Assembly (NCBI RefSeq): GCF_009914755.1
Contig: NC_060940.1
Length of the DNA: 64,000 nt
Source of the DNA: the human T2T-CHM13v2.0 reference genome, Homo sapiens
Reading direction: 5' to 3' (one strand)
In this document: in pieces, positions 1 through 30,911 of the stretch
Layout of the letters: each line of letters opens with the position of its first letter
How positions within the stretch are numbered: the first letter of the stretch is position 1
Made by a program: the position numbers and the translations under genes
The notes under the pieces: generated by a model
Database searches by the model: none
What the model was told of the DNA's origin: nothing
What the model saw: the letters and a program-made list of their open reading frames with translations, nothing else

Positions 1-123
1 AGAGGGGCAGCCCCTACCTTTAAGGACAATTCTCAGAAGTCTTTTCTTTTTTCTCATATGTATGTATACACACACACACATATATATGTATATACACACA
101 CATACATATTTATGTAAAAAAGA

Positions 124-540
124 TTTTTTTTTTTTTTGATATGGAGTCTCGCTCTGTTGCCCAGGCTGGAGTGCAGTGGTGCGTTCTCGGCTCACTGCAA
201 GCTCCGCTTCCTGGGTTCACGCTATTCTGCTGCCTCAGCCTCCCGAGTAGCTGGGGCTACAGGCGCCTGCCACCACACCTGGCTAATTTTTTGTATTTCT
301 AGTAGAGACAGGGTTTCAATGTGTTAGCCAGGATGGTTTCGATCTCCTGACCTGGTGATCCGCCCGCCTCGGCCTCCCAATGTGCTGGGATTACAGGCGT
401 GAGCCACGGCGCCCAGCCCATATTTGTATAAAATTTAATAGAGATAGGGCCTCATTGCATTGGGCCTGGCCGGATGCCGTCCTCCTGCCTTGGCCTTCCA
501 GAGTGCTGGGATTATAGGTGTGAGCTACCACGCCCGGCCC
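124..540 (-). mobile_element. Alu plus Alu fragment
   Basis: Poly-T followed by the reverse Alu consensus. Confidence 0.9.
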
Positions 541-1321
541 ATTACTGTTGTTTTCAGATAGCCCTGATTTAGTCTCTGGTTCTCCCTTTTCTTGCCTATA
601 AATCAGGGAGAACACGTACTTCCTGGGGTGGATGGAAGGGCTAAGCACTTGGGTATGTCAGTGAAGCCAGGAGCCCAGAGCTGCTCAGATCTGCCTGATC
701 TTCTCAAGCCGAGGGGGTCAGAACAGTCACTTTACCAGGTCTAGCTGCTGGGGAGGCTGGGAAATTATGTGACAAACAAAAATGAGGCTCCTCATTCAGG
801 AAGAAGGAGGAGTGATGTTGGGATGGCCTGATTTCTCCTGTGTCCTGGGTGCTCCCTGGGAGACTGGGGAGGTGCTGGCATCGGGTGGCCGCCTCTGACT
901 CTGTGACCCACCCACAGTCATCAGGTAATAAGAGAAGGAGGTGGGACTGGGGCCCACTCACGTTCCCTGTGTCTTCCCCGTGCCTCCCTGTTGGGGTCCA
1001 CGGGCAGCCTGTCCATGGGTGCTTTGTCCTTTCAGGCTGGCGTGCAGGTGCCCAACCCACACTCCTGCCCCACAGGCACAACAGGCAGGACAGGCCCCAT
1101 AGGTGGTGTGGAGTCTTGCCCAGTTGCAGGGCAGCCATGTGGGGTTGGGGTGGCCTCCTTATCCCACTGCCAGTGAGGCAATTAGTTCAAATCCCAGTTC
1201 TTCCAGGCCACAGTGTGACCCTGAGCAGGGCCGTCCCCTCTGGGCTCAGCTCTCTTTCTTTTGGGAGAAGAGACAGAGGATAAATCATAGGATTGATTAT
1301 TATAATTGTGAATTATTTCAG

Positions 1322-1389
1322 ACTGTAGCAGGTGTAGTGAAAGCATAACTAACACTGTAGCAGGTGTAGTGAAAGCATAACTAACACTG
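1322..1389. repeat. Perfect 32-bp tandem duplication
   Basis: ACTGTAGCAGGTGTAGTGAAAGCATAACTAAC x2. Confidence 0.9.
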
Positions 1390-2371
1390 TTGCAGTTACT
1401 GAACAACTTTAAAAAGACATCTCCGACTTTCTATAACATCAACAGACCTTACAGCGAGCTTACTTTGTGCTCAGTCTCTGTTAACTCATTTCACCCTCAC
1501 AATGGCCCATTACGGATGGGGAAATGGAGGCAGAGAGGCTAAGGAATGTGGCCCAGGAAGTTAAGTGGGAGGGCTGGATGCCAACTGCCTCTACTCCCAC
1601 CCCAACCAAAGTCCCTTCCTCCCTGCCAGGAGCCATCAGCCCTGTGTGTTCTGCAGTGTTCTGAGCCTCCGGGTGGGGAAAGAGCAATTCTTGATCCTGA
1701 GCTTCTGCCACGTGGAGAACTAGGCCCTTCCGGCCTGTTTCCTGGGTTCCTGAGGCACAGAGCCGTGGGCCTGGTTCAGGTCGTGTTGCTCATCACAGGA
1801 TCAGAACCCAGGCCAGAGAGCCTGGATGCATTTGTAGGGGGCTTCTCTGTGTGCTGGCAGGGAATCCTCCCAAGATCCCCTGCTCCTGGGCATGGGGAAG
1901 GTGGGCCCTGCTCACTCACCTGTGGCAGAGCAGGAATGGGCCCTGGAACTGTCCCCAAGTGTCCAACCCTAAGTCCTGAGACAGGGGCTGTGGTTTCAGG
2001 GTGCTCTGACAAGAAAGCACCTTTGCTTGGGGCCCAGGAAGGAGGAACCCATTTCTGAGAGGTGTGTCTCACATAGCAGGTGGATAGCAAGCTAGAGCGG
2101 GGCTGAGTGAGTATCTGGGGCTGAGGCCCAGAGAGGATCCCATAGGTAGCTCTAGGGCTGGAGCTCTGCAACATTGGGCAAGAGGACCCTGTGCTGGGAG
2201 GCAGGGAGCTTGGGCCCCTCAGATGGGCCACGTGCCCTCGTGGGACCCTCATTGTCACCGTGAGCTCTTTCCAAGGGGACGCCACCAGTGGGGGCCTGGG
2301 CAGGAGGCAGCTGAGGTGTTTCAGGAAAAGGCTGAAGATCAAGGCTGTGGTGTGAGGACTACCCACTTTAG

Positions 2372-14205
<11,834 letters not shown>

Positions 14206-16283
14206 CGCCGAGGAACAGTGCTGGGCACCCCGCCTGGCCCGCCAGGACCCACCCTGCCAACATCAAGTTGTTCCTTCTGCTCCGGAGACCCCTGGGGTGC
14301 GGCCCTGGCCCCCTCCACCCCTGCTGGGCCAGAGCGGGTGGGCAGTGTCAAGGCCCGCTGTCTCCCAGGTGCTTGCTGGGACTCGGGGCGGCTGCACCTG
14401 GCTGTCACCTGGGTGTGCTGCTGTGAGGGGTCCTTGCGTGGCCCCCATCCTTCCCCCAATGCAGAACTCCATGGGCAGGGAGCTGGGGGGACATCTCACC
14501 TCCCCCATGGCACAGAGCCCTCCACACCCCTGGACCAGGGCATCCGGGCCCTAGAAATTCCACAGCTCCCGTCCTGGCCACCCTGGAAGCTCATCAGGCC
14601 AAGACCCGGACAGAGCTTCAGAGGAGTGTTGAGTGACACCTGAGGATGCGGCTGCACACACTCAGCCAAGGGCCGAGTCTCACCTGCGGTGGGGTTTCGG
14701 CTCTGCCTGGGGGCTCCATCCCTTTCAGCCACTCGTGGCCTTGGGGATTTCTGGTTGTCCCCAGCTGGGACTGTTCACAGTTGTCACCTGCAGACCTGCC
14801 TCTCCCTGGCCTGAGGTTCAAAGGCCTCATCGGATGGTCAGTACAGTGGGGTCACCTGTTGTTTCTATACAACAGCAGGGAAGGGGCCATGGAGCTTTTC
14901 CCTGCTGGGTGCTCCTGCTTTGGCCCAGCCCACCTTTCCTGGTGCTCCAAGCTAGGAGGCTGTGGCCCCAGCCTGAGGAGGGTGTCCTGGCCTCCAGGTG
15001 TGCAGCAGGGGCTGTGTGCTGGGGGAGGTTCCAGTTAGGCGATGGGATCCTGCAGTGGTCTGGTGGCATTTCTTGGAACCAGATTTACCTGAGGAGCTCT
15101 GTCCTGCTCCCTGTGGAGGGCTCCAGATAGCTCAGAAATGACCAGCCAATGGCCTTTTGTTTGGGGGCCTGAGGTCAAGAGAGCTGAGAGTATTCGCTCG
15201 ACTGAGCACATTCAGGAAGATCAGGGCAGGCGTGTGGGAGGTCCCTCACTCCACGGGACAGAGGCCCCTGGACAGCAGAGGAAACCTACAGCTCTGGGTG
15301 AGGGGACACTTGGCTTTGGTGTTTGCACTTTACAGATCCTGCGGTCCACGAGGGGCCTCAGGAGAGGACGTGTCAGGACGTGGCTTCCCAGCCTTCTGCC
15401 TTGGGCAGTGGGGGTGCTCCTGTCTGTCCTTTTCCCCCACACCCTGGACTGTGCTTGGCTGTTGGTGCACATGGTTGGCACACGGTGGGCAGAGGGCAGA
15501 GAATGCCACTGCTTGGTTATTGGTCCCCTTTGACCAGGAAACCCAAGAGGAGACACCTCAGTCAGCAGAAAGGCCACCTGGCTCACTGGCTCATTCCAGG
15601 AGTGGGAGAGACGGCAGGGTCTCCTCTTTGTCCTCCGGCATCAGGAAGGGGATGGTGTCCACTCCCCACTGTGGTGGCTTTAGGCAAGGTTCTTATTGTC
15701 TGCTCTGCCTCGGTTTCCCCATCTGGAAAATGGGGGCAGGGGTCCTGACCTACCTCAGGTGGAACGGTGAGCAGGGAACATGTCGGAGTCCTTCAGAGAA
15801 TGTGATGTGAGGTTGGATCAACAGTGTGGGTTCCTGTCCTGTTTCCCCTTCCTCTTTGGGGCTGAGGAGGAGGTTAAAGGCCAAATGCTGTTTCCCAACA
15901 CCCCAAAGTCTGCACACGTCTCATGAATGCATCACATTTCTGTCATATGGATATTAGCCATTCCGAAATCTGTGTAATCAACTTCACATTATTCAAGTTA
16001 CAAATCACTGTGTCCATAGAAAAACTGTGCTGGTATTTGCTGGACAAAGGGTTGGGCCCCTTTTATTTTTACCTGCCACCCAGCATCTCCCCCACCTGCC
16101 CCTTCTGGGTGACACAGCCGGTAAACGGAATCACGTATGGTTCTTTCTGTGGGTCTGTGGCACAGCAGGAAGAGCCCGGTGCCGCCAGCACCTTGTGGAA
16201 GACCACACATGGGTGGTCCCACAGCATGGGACCAGGCTGGCCTGAGGGATGCCCAGTTGTAACAATGCTGCTGTCACTGTCTC

Positions 16284-16289
16284 ATTAAA
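16284..16289 (+). terminator. DEF8: Probable DEF8 polyadenylation signal (ATTAAA)
   Basis: ATTAAA followed ~20 nt later by a GT-rich tract (ggtgtgtgtgtggt), the usual downstream element. Confidence 0.7.
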
Positions 16290-16489
16290 TATACATCCTT
16301 TAGCCTGGTGTGTGTGTGGTGAATTGCGGACAAAGTAAGAGAAATTGGTCTGTTGACATACAAGTCATTTGCAGGCTTAGGAAAGACAGCCTTTGCCATC
16401 CAATGGGGTTGAATGTAATCTGGTGTGAGGCGAAGTAACATGTCCTGATTGGTTGGGAGAACTACCTGTGGTATCACACAGACGTGTTG

Positions 16490-17990
16490 AACGTCTCTGG
16501 GCCCAAGCTGTTCTCCGGCCTCCGCCTCCCGGGCCCAAGCTGTTCTCCGGCCTCCGCCTCCCGGGCCCAAGCTGTTCTCCGGCCTCTGTCTCCTGAGTAG
16601 CTGGGACTACAGGTGCATGCCACCATGCCCAGCTAATTTTTTGAATTTTTATTAGAGACAGGGTTTTACCATGTTGGCTAGGCTGGTCTCAAACTCCTGA
16701 CCTCAGGTGATCCTCCTGCCTCGGCCTCCCAAAGTGCTGGCATTACAGGTGTGAGCCACGGCGCCTGGCCAGGCATTGATTTTTCTTAGTGTCCGATGTC
16801 CTTCCAGAAGGACATTCCCACCAGCAGTGTATGACAGTGCCCATTACCTATAGCCTCGACAGCAGATTGTGTTGTCATACCTTTCAATGCAGTGTGAGAA
16901 ATGTATCTCTGTCATTTTAATTTGCATTTCTCTAATCATGAGTGAGGTCAAACTTTTCATATGTTTCAGGATCTGTTTATGAATTATGTGCCCATTTTTT
17001 CGATTGGGTTCTTGGTATTTTTTCTTCTTAATCTGAGTTTCTCACATATTGGGAATATTAACCTGTTATTTGTGAGATGGAAATATTTTCTTTGTGAATT
17101 GCCATTTGACTTTGTGTTATTTTCTTTCCTATGGCAAAGTTTTACTTTGCTTACATTTTTATATGGTCACATTGATTAATATTTATTTCATCTAGGTTTT
17201 AATGTCTGGAAGGGCTAGTCTCCCCTTTGCAATTTTTCTTTTCCTTTTTTTTTTTTTTTTGAGATGGAGTCTCGTTCTGTTGCCCAGGCTGGAGTGCAGT
17301 GGTGTGATCTCGGCTCACTGCAAGTTCTGCCTCCCAGGTTCATGCCATTCTTCTGCCTCAGCCTCTGAGTAGCTGGGACTACAGGCGCCTGCCACCATGC
17401 CCGGCTAATTTTTTTTGTATTTTTTAGTAGAGACGTGTTTCACCTCGTTAGCCAGGACGGTCTTGATCTCCTGACCTCATGATCTGCCTGCCTTGACCTC
17501 CCAAAGTGCTGGGACTACAGGTGTGAGCCACCGTGCCTGGCCATTTTTTTGTATATTTTTAGTAGAGATGGGGTTTCACCATGTTAGCCAGGATGGTCTT
17601 GATCTCCTGACCTTGTGATCCTCCTGCCTCAGCCTCCCAAAGTGCTGGTATTACAGGCGTGAGCCACCGTGCCCGGCCTCAATTTTTCTTTTTTAAAAAA
17701 CGTCTTCTGCTGGGCATGGTGGTTCACACTTTTAATCCCTGCACTTTTGGAGGTCCAGGCTAGAGGATCATTTGAGCCTGGGAGTTCCAGACCAGCCTGG
17801 GCAACACACAGACTCCTTCTCTACCAAAATAATTAGCTGGTGGTGGTGGCATGTGCCTGTAGTCCCAACACTCCAGAGGCTGAGGTATGAGGATTGCTTG
17901 AACTTTGGAGGTCGAGGCTACAGTGAACCAAGATTGTGCCACTGCACTCCAGCTTGGATGATGGAGCGAGACCGTCTCAAAGAAAAAAAG
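16490..17990. mobile_element. Alus between the DEF8 and CENPBD1 3' ends: ~16490-16770 (-, with an internal 32-bp x3 repeat), 17233-17678 (-), 17708-17989 (+)
   Basis: Alu consensus. Confidence 0.85.
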
Positions 17991-18048
17991 TTTTCCTGGC
18001 GATTCTTACACATATATGAGCTTTTAAAAGCATATATTTAAATAACAT

Positions 18049-18054
18049 TTTAAT
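18049..18054 (-). terminator. Probable CENPBD1 polyadenylation signal (ATTAAA on minus strand)
   Basis: tttaat on + strand, ~170 nt beyond the end of the transposase remnant. Confidence 0.5.
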
Positions 18055-18219
18055 GACAAAATTTGATGCTCTCAAGTATCAAAATGGAAATACCAACAGC
18101 AAGGTTTCCAGGGATGTCCAACACCACAGAGCAGGGAGGCCTGGCTGGGCCTCCACTGTTGAGGTCATCATGGTGCTTCCGCTTTATTCTGATTAACTTT
18201 TGGTTACACACATTGAAAA

Positions 18220-19600
<1,381 letters not shown>

Positions 19601-19612
<12 letters not shown>

Positions 19613-20164
19613 CACCTGGGGGGTGTACTCACCTTCTTCGATGATGCTTTTCAGCATTTCTATGTACATGTCCTTGTTGCTGGGAGCTGCGCTGTTCATC
19701 TTGAAGTGGGGCAAACAGTGGCACTCCTTGAATCTCACAAGCCACCCTTGACTTGCATGAAACCTCTCCGTTTGAGAACCTTCGCCATGTTCACGCTGTA
19801 AGTCATCAAACTCAGCCTTCTCCTGAACGATGGCGGCGCTCAAGGTCGCATTTGGCTGGCTCTGGTCTTCCAGCCACAAGCTCAGCAGCTGCTCCATGCT
19901 CTCCATCACTGCACTTCGATGGCGAGTCAACCGAGAGGCTCTCAGAGGAGTAGCTATTTGTGAACTCGCTTTGATTTTTTCTTTACTATCTCGAATGGTC
20001 GCCACTGTAGAGATAGCAAGATCTAAGGCCTTTGCGATCTGACTGAGCTTCTCACCCGCTTCAAATCGTCGTAACACTTCCAATTTGAGGTCAAGGGTAA
20101 TCGCTTTCCGTTCCCTTTTGGCACTAGGGATGACAGTTGCATCTGTGGGCCTTTCCCCAGGCAT
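19601..20164 (-). CDS. CENPBD1: CENPBD1 ORF, 187 aa: CENP-B N-terminal HTH (psq-type) plus second CENP-B/Tc5 HTH of a Tigger-derived gene; coding status doubtful
   Basis: ATG at 20164-20162; [64 protein letters not shown] ... [13 protein letters not shown] are typical pogo/Tigger DNA-binding motifs; intronless. Confidence 0.85.
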
Positions 20165-20249
20165 TTCTGCCTCCAAAATGTCAGAAAATCACAGCGGTCT
20201 CAAGCGCAAGAACGCTGTGGTTCCTCTACGTCCCCTTGCAGAACTCGGT

Positions 20250-21450
20250 CAACAGAAAACGAGGCTGCGAAGAGGCTCAGGCTGATGTCCTGGAGACGTG
20301 GACGGGTCCCCATGGGCAGGCCCAGCCCCACTGCCTAGCCCAGCTGCTGCTTCACTGTCCACTCCGAGGAGGCCGCGCGGGTCTCCCGGTACCGCTCGAA
20401 GTCCGCGTGTTGGGGCCGTGCGGCCGCAGGCACATACAAGCGGCCTGGGTCCTGGGGCTCCAGAGAACAACCGACCAAGCAGACAAACGGAACTCCGTGA
20501 GGGGGACACTGCGGCAGAAACGTCCAGGGGCGGTTTTCCAGTGCAGCGGAGGGCGGACCGGGCGGGTGTTGTTTCGGGAGCTGCTTTCCATGGAGGACCC
20601 CAGAAATAAGTGTTGATGCAGATGCCCGATTTAAGATAAGTCTAAAGGCGCTGGCTATCCCCTTAGGGCCCAGCTGTCTGGGCAGGGCGAGGCTGCGCTG
20701 GCGATCAAACCCTCGAACGGTCAGGCGACGGCGTGGACACCCAAGACGGGGCCCCAGCCGGCGCCGCGCCCCTGCCGCGCCTGCGCGAGTCCTCCCTGCG
20801 CTCGCGGGGCCCTAGGACCGCTCTCCCATTGCGCATGCGCGCGCCCGGGCGGCGCGGGATCTGGGTCTGGGGATGTGGTACCGGCTGCTGGCGGCGGCCG
20901 GCAGTAGAGCGGTGGCCAGGCCGCTGGCCTTGCTGTGGCGATGTGGTGGCCCAGGAGGCGGCAGGACGGCCAAGACCAGCGCGAGGGCCCTGGGCAAGGC
21001 CCGACAGGTGAGCGGGGAGGCGCTCTCCGCCGGTGCCGGGCGGCTGGTCTGCTCTGGACGCCGCGTGACGCCATTCGCCTGCGCCGGCCGCGGGGGAGCG
21101 CGGGAGGGCGGCGGCCCTGACCTGGTCCGCGCAGTGAGGCCGACAGCACCTGGCCAGAGCTTCCCGCCCCCCGCCTCCTCCGTCTCCAAACTCCTGCTCT
21201 TCTCCTCGCTACCTCTTCCACCCACTTCTTGCGGAATTCCCGCTGTTTACTGGATGCCCGGTCCGCTCGGACATCGGAACCGCGACCTCCAGCCTCCTTG
21301 CTCGGCTTTGTAAAGCGCCGGGCGTTGAGCGATTTGCGCTTGAGTCCCACCTCCTCGCGAACCAGCTTTGTGGCCCCGCGTGCCAGCCCGTGTCCTCCTG
21401 GGCTCGGCGGCGTTCGGCTTTATCCACCTCGCAGTTACTCAGTGAACCAG
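20250..21450. promoter_or_regulatory. CpG island / bidirectional promoter shared by CENPBD1 (-) and AFG3L1P (+)
   Basis: Very CpG- and GC-dense; the two start codons diverge ~710 bp apart (20164 minus, 20873 plus); GC-box-like motifs. Confidence 0.88.
20830..20841. promoter_or_regulatory. NRF1 (nuclear respiratory factor 1) site TGCGCATGCGCG
   Basis: Matches YGCGCAYGCGCR, ~30 bp upstream of the AFG3L1P ATG; typical of mitochondrial-protein genes and bidirectional promoters. Confidence 0.75.
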
Positions 21451-22431
21451 ACACGATAAGAGGCGTGAAAGGGTTTTGCAAACTGTTCTTTATACAGCGA
21501 CCAGTCACTGTCGTTAACAGCTAATGCTGAGAGCTAAGGGCTTTACGCGGATTATCTAAGTCTTATACCCGCCCTATAGGTAGATATCGCTATAACCCTA
21601 TTGTTATTTATTATATTATTTTTAAAAATTTGGGAGCGGGGCCGGAGTCTCGCTGTGTTGTCTAGGCTGATCTCGAACTCATGGGCACAAGCGATTCTCC
21701 TTTCTCAACCTCTGGAGTAGCTGGGACTACAGGCTTGAGCCACCGTGCCCTGCTCATAACCCTGTTTTATAGGGTTAGGGTCTAAGACCGGAATATTCTG
21801 TATTTTAAGATTGCTTTATTTTTGTATTGATACATCCCAGTGAGCAGCAGTAACGTTGAATTGTTTTTCTAATGCAGAGTTTTTGAATTTTGATCCCAGA
21901 AAGCTGTCATGGTTTTCAGACAGCAGTAAAATAAGAAGAAGGATCCCATGAGTATTTCTGTCCTGTCTTCAGGAATGAACTCCCCGCCCCCCGCCATCTC
22001 CATTCATTTGGGAAAGTGTATGATGGTTTAGTTGCTAGCAATATGAGTGAAAGCAGTCTTTCAGCTTTGGCCATGTGGCATCAGCATTGCAGAGGTCCTC
22101 CTGGTTGCTAACACATATTGAAAGTCAGCGATATGCAATATCGGTGTGTACAGCCTAATATAGCCCAGGAGAGTTTTGAATCATTGAACTGCTATAGACC
22201 CCTTTATGAAGGGAGGACGGACGTTGAATGATCTTTGAGTTCCTTCCCGGACTGGATCATTCATCTGCTTCTCATTTATTAGAGATAGATCTGTTAATCA
22301 TTTACCAGGGAATATCTTGGTGAACACGACAGGCAAGGGCTCTGCCCCACTGGCTTGCTCTCTTTTGAGAGCTTTATGACTTGTGGACTGAGGGTGACAT
22401 GCAGAGGTTGGAGAGGTGGCAGCAATTTGCA

Positions 22432-22905
22432 TTTTTTTTTTTTTTTTGAGACGGAGTTTCCCTCTTGCCCATGCTGGAGTGCAATGGCGCAATCTTGGCT
22501 CACTGCAACCTCCGGCTCCCAGGTTCAAAGCGATTCTCCTGCCTCAGCCTCCCGAGAAGCTGGGATTACAGGCGCATACCACCATTCCCGGCTAATTTTG
22601 TATTTTTAGTAGAGACGGCTGGGCACGATGGCTCACGCCTGTAATCCCAGCACTTTGGGAGGCTGAGGCGGGCAGATCACCTAAGGTGGGGAGTTCGAGA
22701 CCAGCCTGACTGATGTGGAGAAACCCCGTCTCTACTAAAATACAAAATTAGCCCGGTGTGGTGGCACGCACCTGTAATCCCAGCTACTTGGGAGGCTGAG
22801 GCAGGAGAATCGCTTAGAACCTGGGAGGCGGAGGTGGCAGTGAGCCAAGGTCGCACCATTGCACTCCAGCCTGGGAGTGAGACTCTGTCTCAAAAAAAAA
22901 AAAAA
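22432..22905. mobile_element. Inverted Alu pair: truncated (-) copy abutting a full (+) copy
   Basis: ...tttttagtagagac joined directly to ggctgggcacgatggctcacgcc. Confidence 0.88.
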
Positions 22906-24399
22906 CGAAACAAAACAAAAAACACCCTAACAGCTCTCCTCATGGAAGCTTATGCTGTGGAGGCTTCCATGCAGTCATCTTTCATTCATTGAGCTACCTA
23001 CTCTGTCCTTGTTCTCGTAGAGTTTACGTGCTGTGCAAGGAGGAACCAGACAATGGATAAGCAAGTATTAGGCATGTTAGGAAAAGGAAGCAGAATAAAG
23101 GAAATAGAAAATGAAGAAAGGGAATGGAGGAGGGATAAACCCTGTTATTTGTTGTGTCCCCTGCAGGAAGTGAGGGATTGAGATGAGCTTGCTAGGAAGA
23201 TGGAATAGAAAATGCACTGCCCTAGGGTGGGTCCAGCCTTGAGTTCTGTGTGATCAGTATGAGGAAGAGGTTAGTGATAGACAGGTCAAGGAGGGGCAGG
23301 GCCTCATAGGCCTGCTGACGTTGCACCTGTGTGCTGTGTGTGTCTGTGGGACCCGGAATAAGGGTCAACTCATTTATGGCCTGACTGGAAAGAGGACAGC
23401 AGCACTTGGCCCTGTTTAAGGGAGTTTGTGTTTTGCCTACCTTCACATCTTGGCTTTACATATACAAAAACTAATTTAGCAAGGTTATTTACTGTGAGCT
23501 GTGAACTGACTTGCAGAAAACTCCAAGAAGGAATGGTAAACTCCTATCTTAGTGTTTACATTTACTGTGAGAACTGCATCAGGCTTAACCAGATTGTCTC
23601 CTAACCAAATCACAAAAGGACTAAATTGCGAATTAAAGCAAAGGAATTGGATGTTTTATCAAGTTTTGGAAGCCTGAAGAGTCATACTTTGTACCTTCAG
23701 GGCTGTAGGCTACCTGGTATCTACCCAGCCACCAGTACCAGTGCCACACTGTCTTTGAGGTGGTCCTGGGGTAGTCATGGAAAAGCTCTGGAAGATTGGG
23801 GCATCAGAATTCTCATTGCACACTTTCAGCTACCAGCTGTCTTCAGGCACTCACATTACCTCTCAGGTTCTACTTTCTCAGATGGGCAATGGGGATCAAG
23901 TGAGGTAAGAGGCACCTGGCACCCTACAACGTGCAGTATGGCCACCTTCTGTTGTTTGTGTAGGTCTCCTGTTGACCCACACCTTGGGTTCCAAACCCCC
24001 ATCGGGGAAACATTCATGGGATCCTTCGAGAGTCATTGCTAGCTCTGTGTCAGGTACTGTGTGCCATTGGTGCTGGGATGGCTGCTGCAGATCGATTTCG
24101 TTCACGATGTGGAATCGTTTGTTAGCCCCACAGCCTTTACTGTCAGCATTCTCTTTCTGAGCTGCTTTTTTTTTTTTTTATGATTTTAATAATTTTTTCA
24201 TAGTATGTCTTACTTTTTAGTCTACTGTGGTCTTTTTAGGGATATTTGAATAATGTAGTTAATTAGAAAGTTACTAATTGGGGAATGATTTTACTTTGGG
24301 GTAGTAGCCTACAGAGTCAGCCTCCCCCGAATGTTGACACAGCTGAAATAACATAGGTGTTGTCAACTGTGGGTCTTGTTTCATTATAATAAAATATTG

Positions 24400-25570
<1,171 letters not shown>

Positions 25571-26715
25571 TTAAGCTCTTGGTCGACCAAAGATGAGTCA
25601 TAGTGTATTTCAGTATTTAAATTTTACACAATTTTATGTTTTAGTCTTACAGTCTTGTTTTTGAAGCTGCGATATTTCAAGTTACTAAATAAATTGCCTC
25701 AGTTTCTAAGCCGTGTTTTTTGTTTTTTGGGGGAGTTTTTTCTTGCTGTTGGAGGCTATAGCTATAAACATTTGCAGTGCATTTCTGCAGTGAGCTTGCT
25801 CCTGTTTACTCTATTGAATCATATTTCTAATGGGGTATTTAAGGCGATAAGCTCACACTTCACCCTGCTTGCTCCAGTGGTTATGGCCAGTGAGAATGTG
25901 CGGTGTTGCATTGCAGAAGAAGCTAGGAAAGCTCATCTGGCCTCCTGTTCCAGTGCTTCCAGGGGATCCACGTTCAGAAGCTGACTCTGCAGGCAAGACC
26001 GACGTTATTTTCCTGGTGGCTGTGTTCAAAACCACCCAAAGGTACCTGTCTTTCATCCACCATCATTAACAGCATGAGGTTTACAGGAACTGAGTGGCTT
26101 CCTCAGAGTGTGACTTCTACAGTGAGTGACCAGGGGGCGAGGGTCCAGACAACTCAGGGCACACCCCACTCCACCCCGCCCCATCCTACCCCTTCCTGGC
26201 TTCCATATCGAGCCACACAACATCCAGCACCTTCTCCATGTCTTTATGGTGTTGATATCTCACTAAAGCTGGTGAGAGAAAAGCTCTTTCCAAAGGAAGG
26301 TGCTAGATGAATCTTTTGGAAGGTATGGGAACAAACCTTGGTTTCTGCGTATCTGACTCTGAGGACCAGCTAAGCCTCATGTTTGGAAAGCAGAACAGAA
26401 ACAATGTGCAGACTGGCATTACCTCAGAGCACACTTGCCCACTTGGAGTCCTTCTGTAGGCCATGGACCTGTGCTTTGTGCTTTGTGTCCAGGGACAGTG
26501 TTCACTGAAGCCCCTGGAGACCCTGTGTCTCCACAGAGTAGAAGGTGCTCCCTGCACTTCCCTCAGTGTTAGGACCTGAGGGCTCATGCCGATTGTATGA
26601 AGCAAGAAGAGAGGCAGGAGGAGGGAAAACTGGCGTCTCTCTCACTTTCTCTATATCGTCTTGACAGTACGGTTGCTTTTCTTGGTGTGATTCTGTCTTC
26701 TAAAATATTAGAACC

Positions 26716-29714
<2,999 letters not shown>

Positions 29715-30662
29715 CTCTGTCTGGATTTTAACAGACCCCCATAAGAGAGAACCCTAGCAACAGTGGCTCAAACACAGCGCTCTCTGTGGACTTTCTGCTT
29801 CTCCTGAGGCATCTGCTGAGCTGCGGCTTTCAGTGTGTGTCATACACCACGTAAAGATCTTTCCTCATGAGAGGAACTGAGGCTACATTGTGTACGGTCG
29901 GTGGGGGGGGGTTGCAAAACTTTCCTAATAACATCTGAAAAAGGAAATAGCTATTTTCATAAAGAAACTACCTTCATTTAACTGGAAAATGTGTTTTCTT
30001 TTTTCCACAGGGGGGACTTCCCCTGGGATGACGAGGATTTCCGCAGTCTGGCCCTTTTGGGGGCAGGCGTTGCCATGGGATTTTTCTACCTCTATTTTCG
30101 AGATCCTGGAAGAGAAATCACGTGGAAGCACTTTGTACAGTATTACCTGGCCAGAGGTCTGGTGAGAGGAATTTATAGTTTACCTACCTGGGAAGGAGGC
30201 CGCTGTAGTGGTGCACGTGGTCTGCGATGCCCTTAAGAAGCTGTGAGCTCTGAGGCCTGGGTTGAAAACCCGTTGTGTGGTAGATGTCCTGGGCAGTCCC
30301 ACCCTCAGGCCATAGATGAGACACAGGTTTACTTTTCCCAGTAGCCAGCCCAACAGAAGGTTAGGAAGCTCATTTTTTAGATGAGACACAGTTTTACTTT
30401 CCCCAACAGAAGGTTAATAAGCCCATTTTCTTGCAAGGTGGAAGCTTCCTTAACATCTTGGCTTTTTGTTTTTAGCTTCAGCTTCTGTGAGTAAGTTCTG
30501 ATTGTCTGATTGTGTCTGTTTATCATCAAGTATCAATTACATACCTAATGCAGATCTTTTGTTTCCCCTAGTGTACCCGTGTCCCCTCCTGCACCCCTGT
30601 CCTTTGCTGGCTGACCCTGGACAGCGGCTGGGGCTTTGTGTCTGTGCACAGGGGCATGTGGC

Positions 30663-30911
30663 ACCAGCAAGCCTCCGCCTGTCCTTCACTGGGCCTGGTC
30701 TGTCGGGTTGCTGAAGGCCGGTGAAGCACTGCTCAGGGTTTAGTAACCAGCAAGCCTCCGCCTGTCCTTCACTGGGCCTGGTCTGTCGGGTTGCTGAAGG
30801 CCGGTGAAGCACTGCTCAGGGTTTAGTAACCAGCAAGCCTCCGCCTGTCCTTCACTGGGCCTGGTCTGTCGGGTTGCTGAAGGCTGGTGAAGCACTGCTC
30901 AGGGTTTAGTA
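30663..30911. repeat. 83-bp tandem repeat x3 in AFG3L1P intron 5
   Basis: ACCAGCAAGCCTCCGCCTGTCC... starts at 30663, 30746, 30829; near-identical copies. Confidence 0.92.

Noticed and set aside
20721-21350. 209-aa Arg/Pro-rich minus-strand ORF
   Set aside because: Stop-poor CpG-island sequence with no domain
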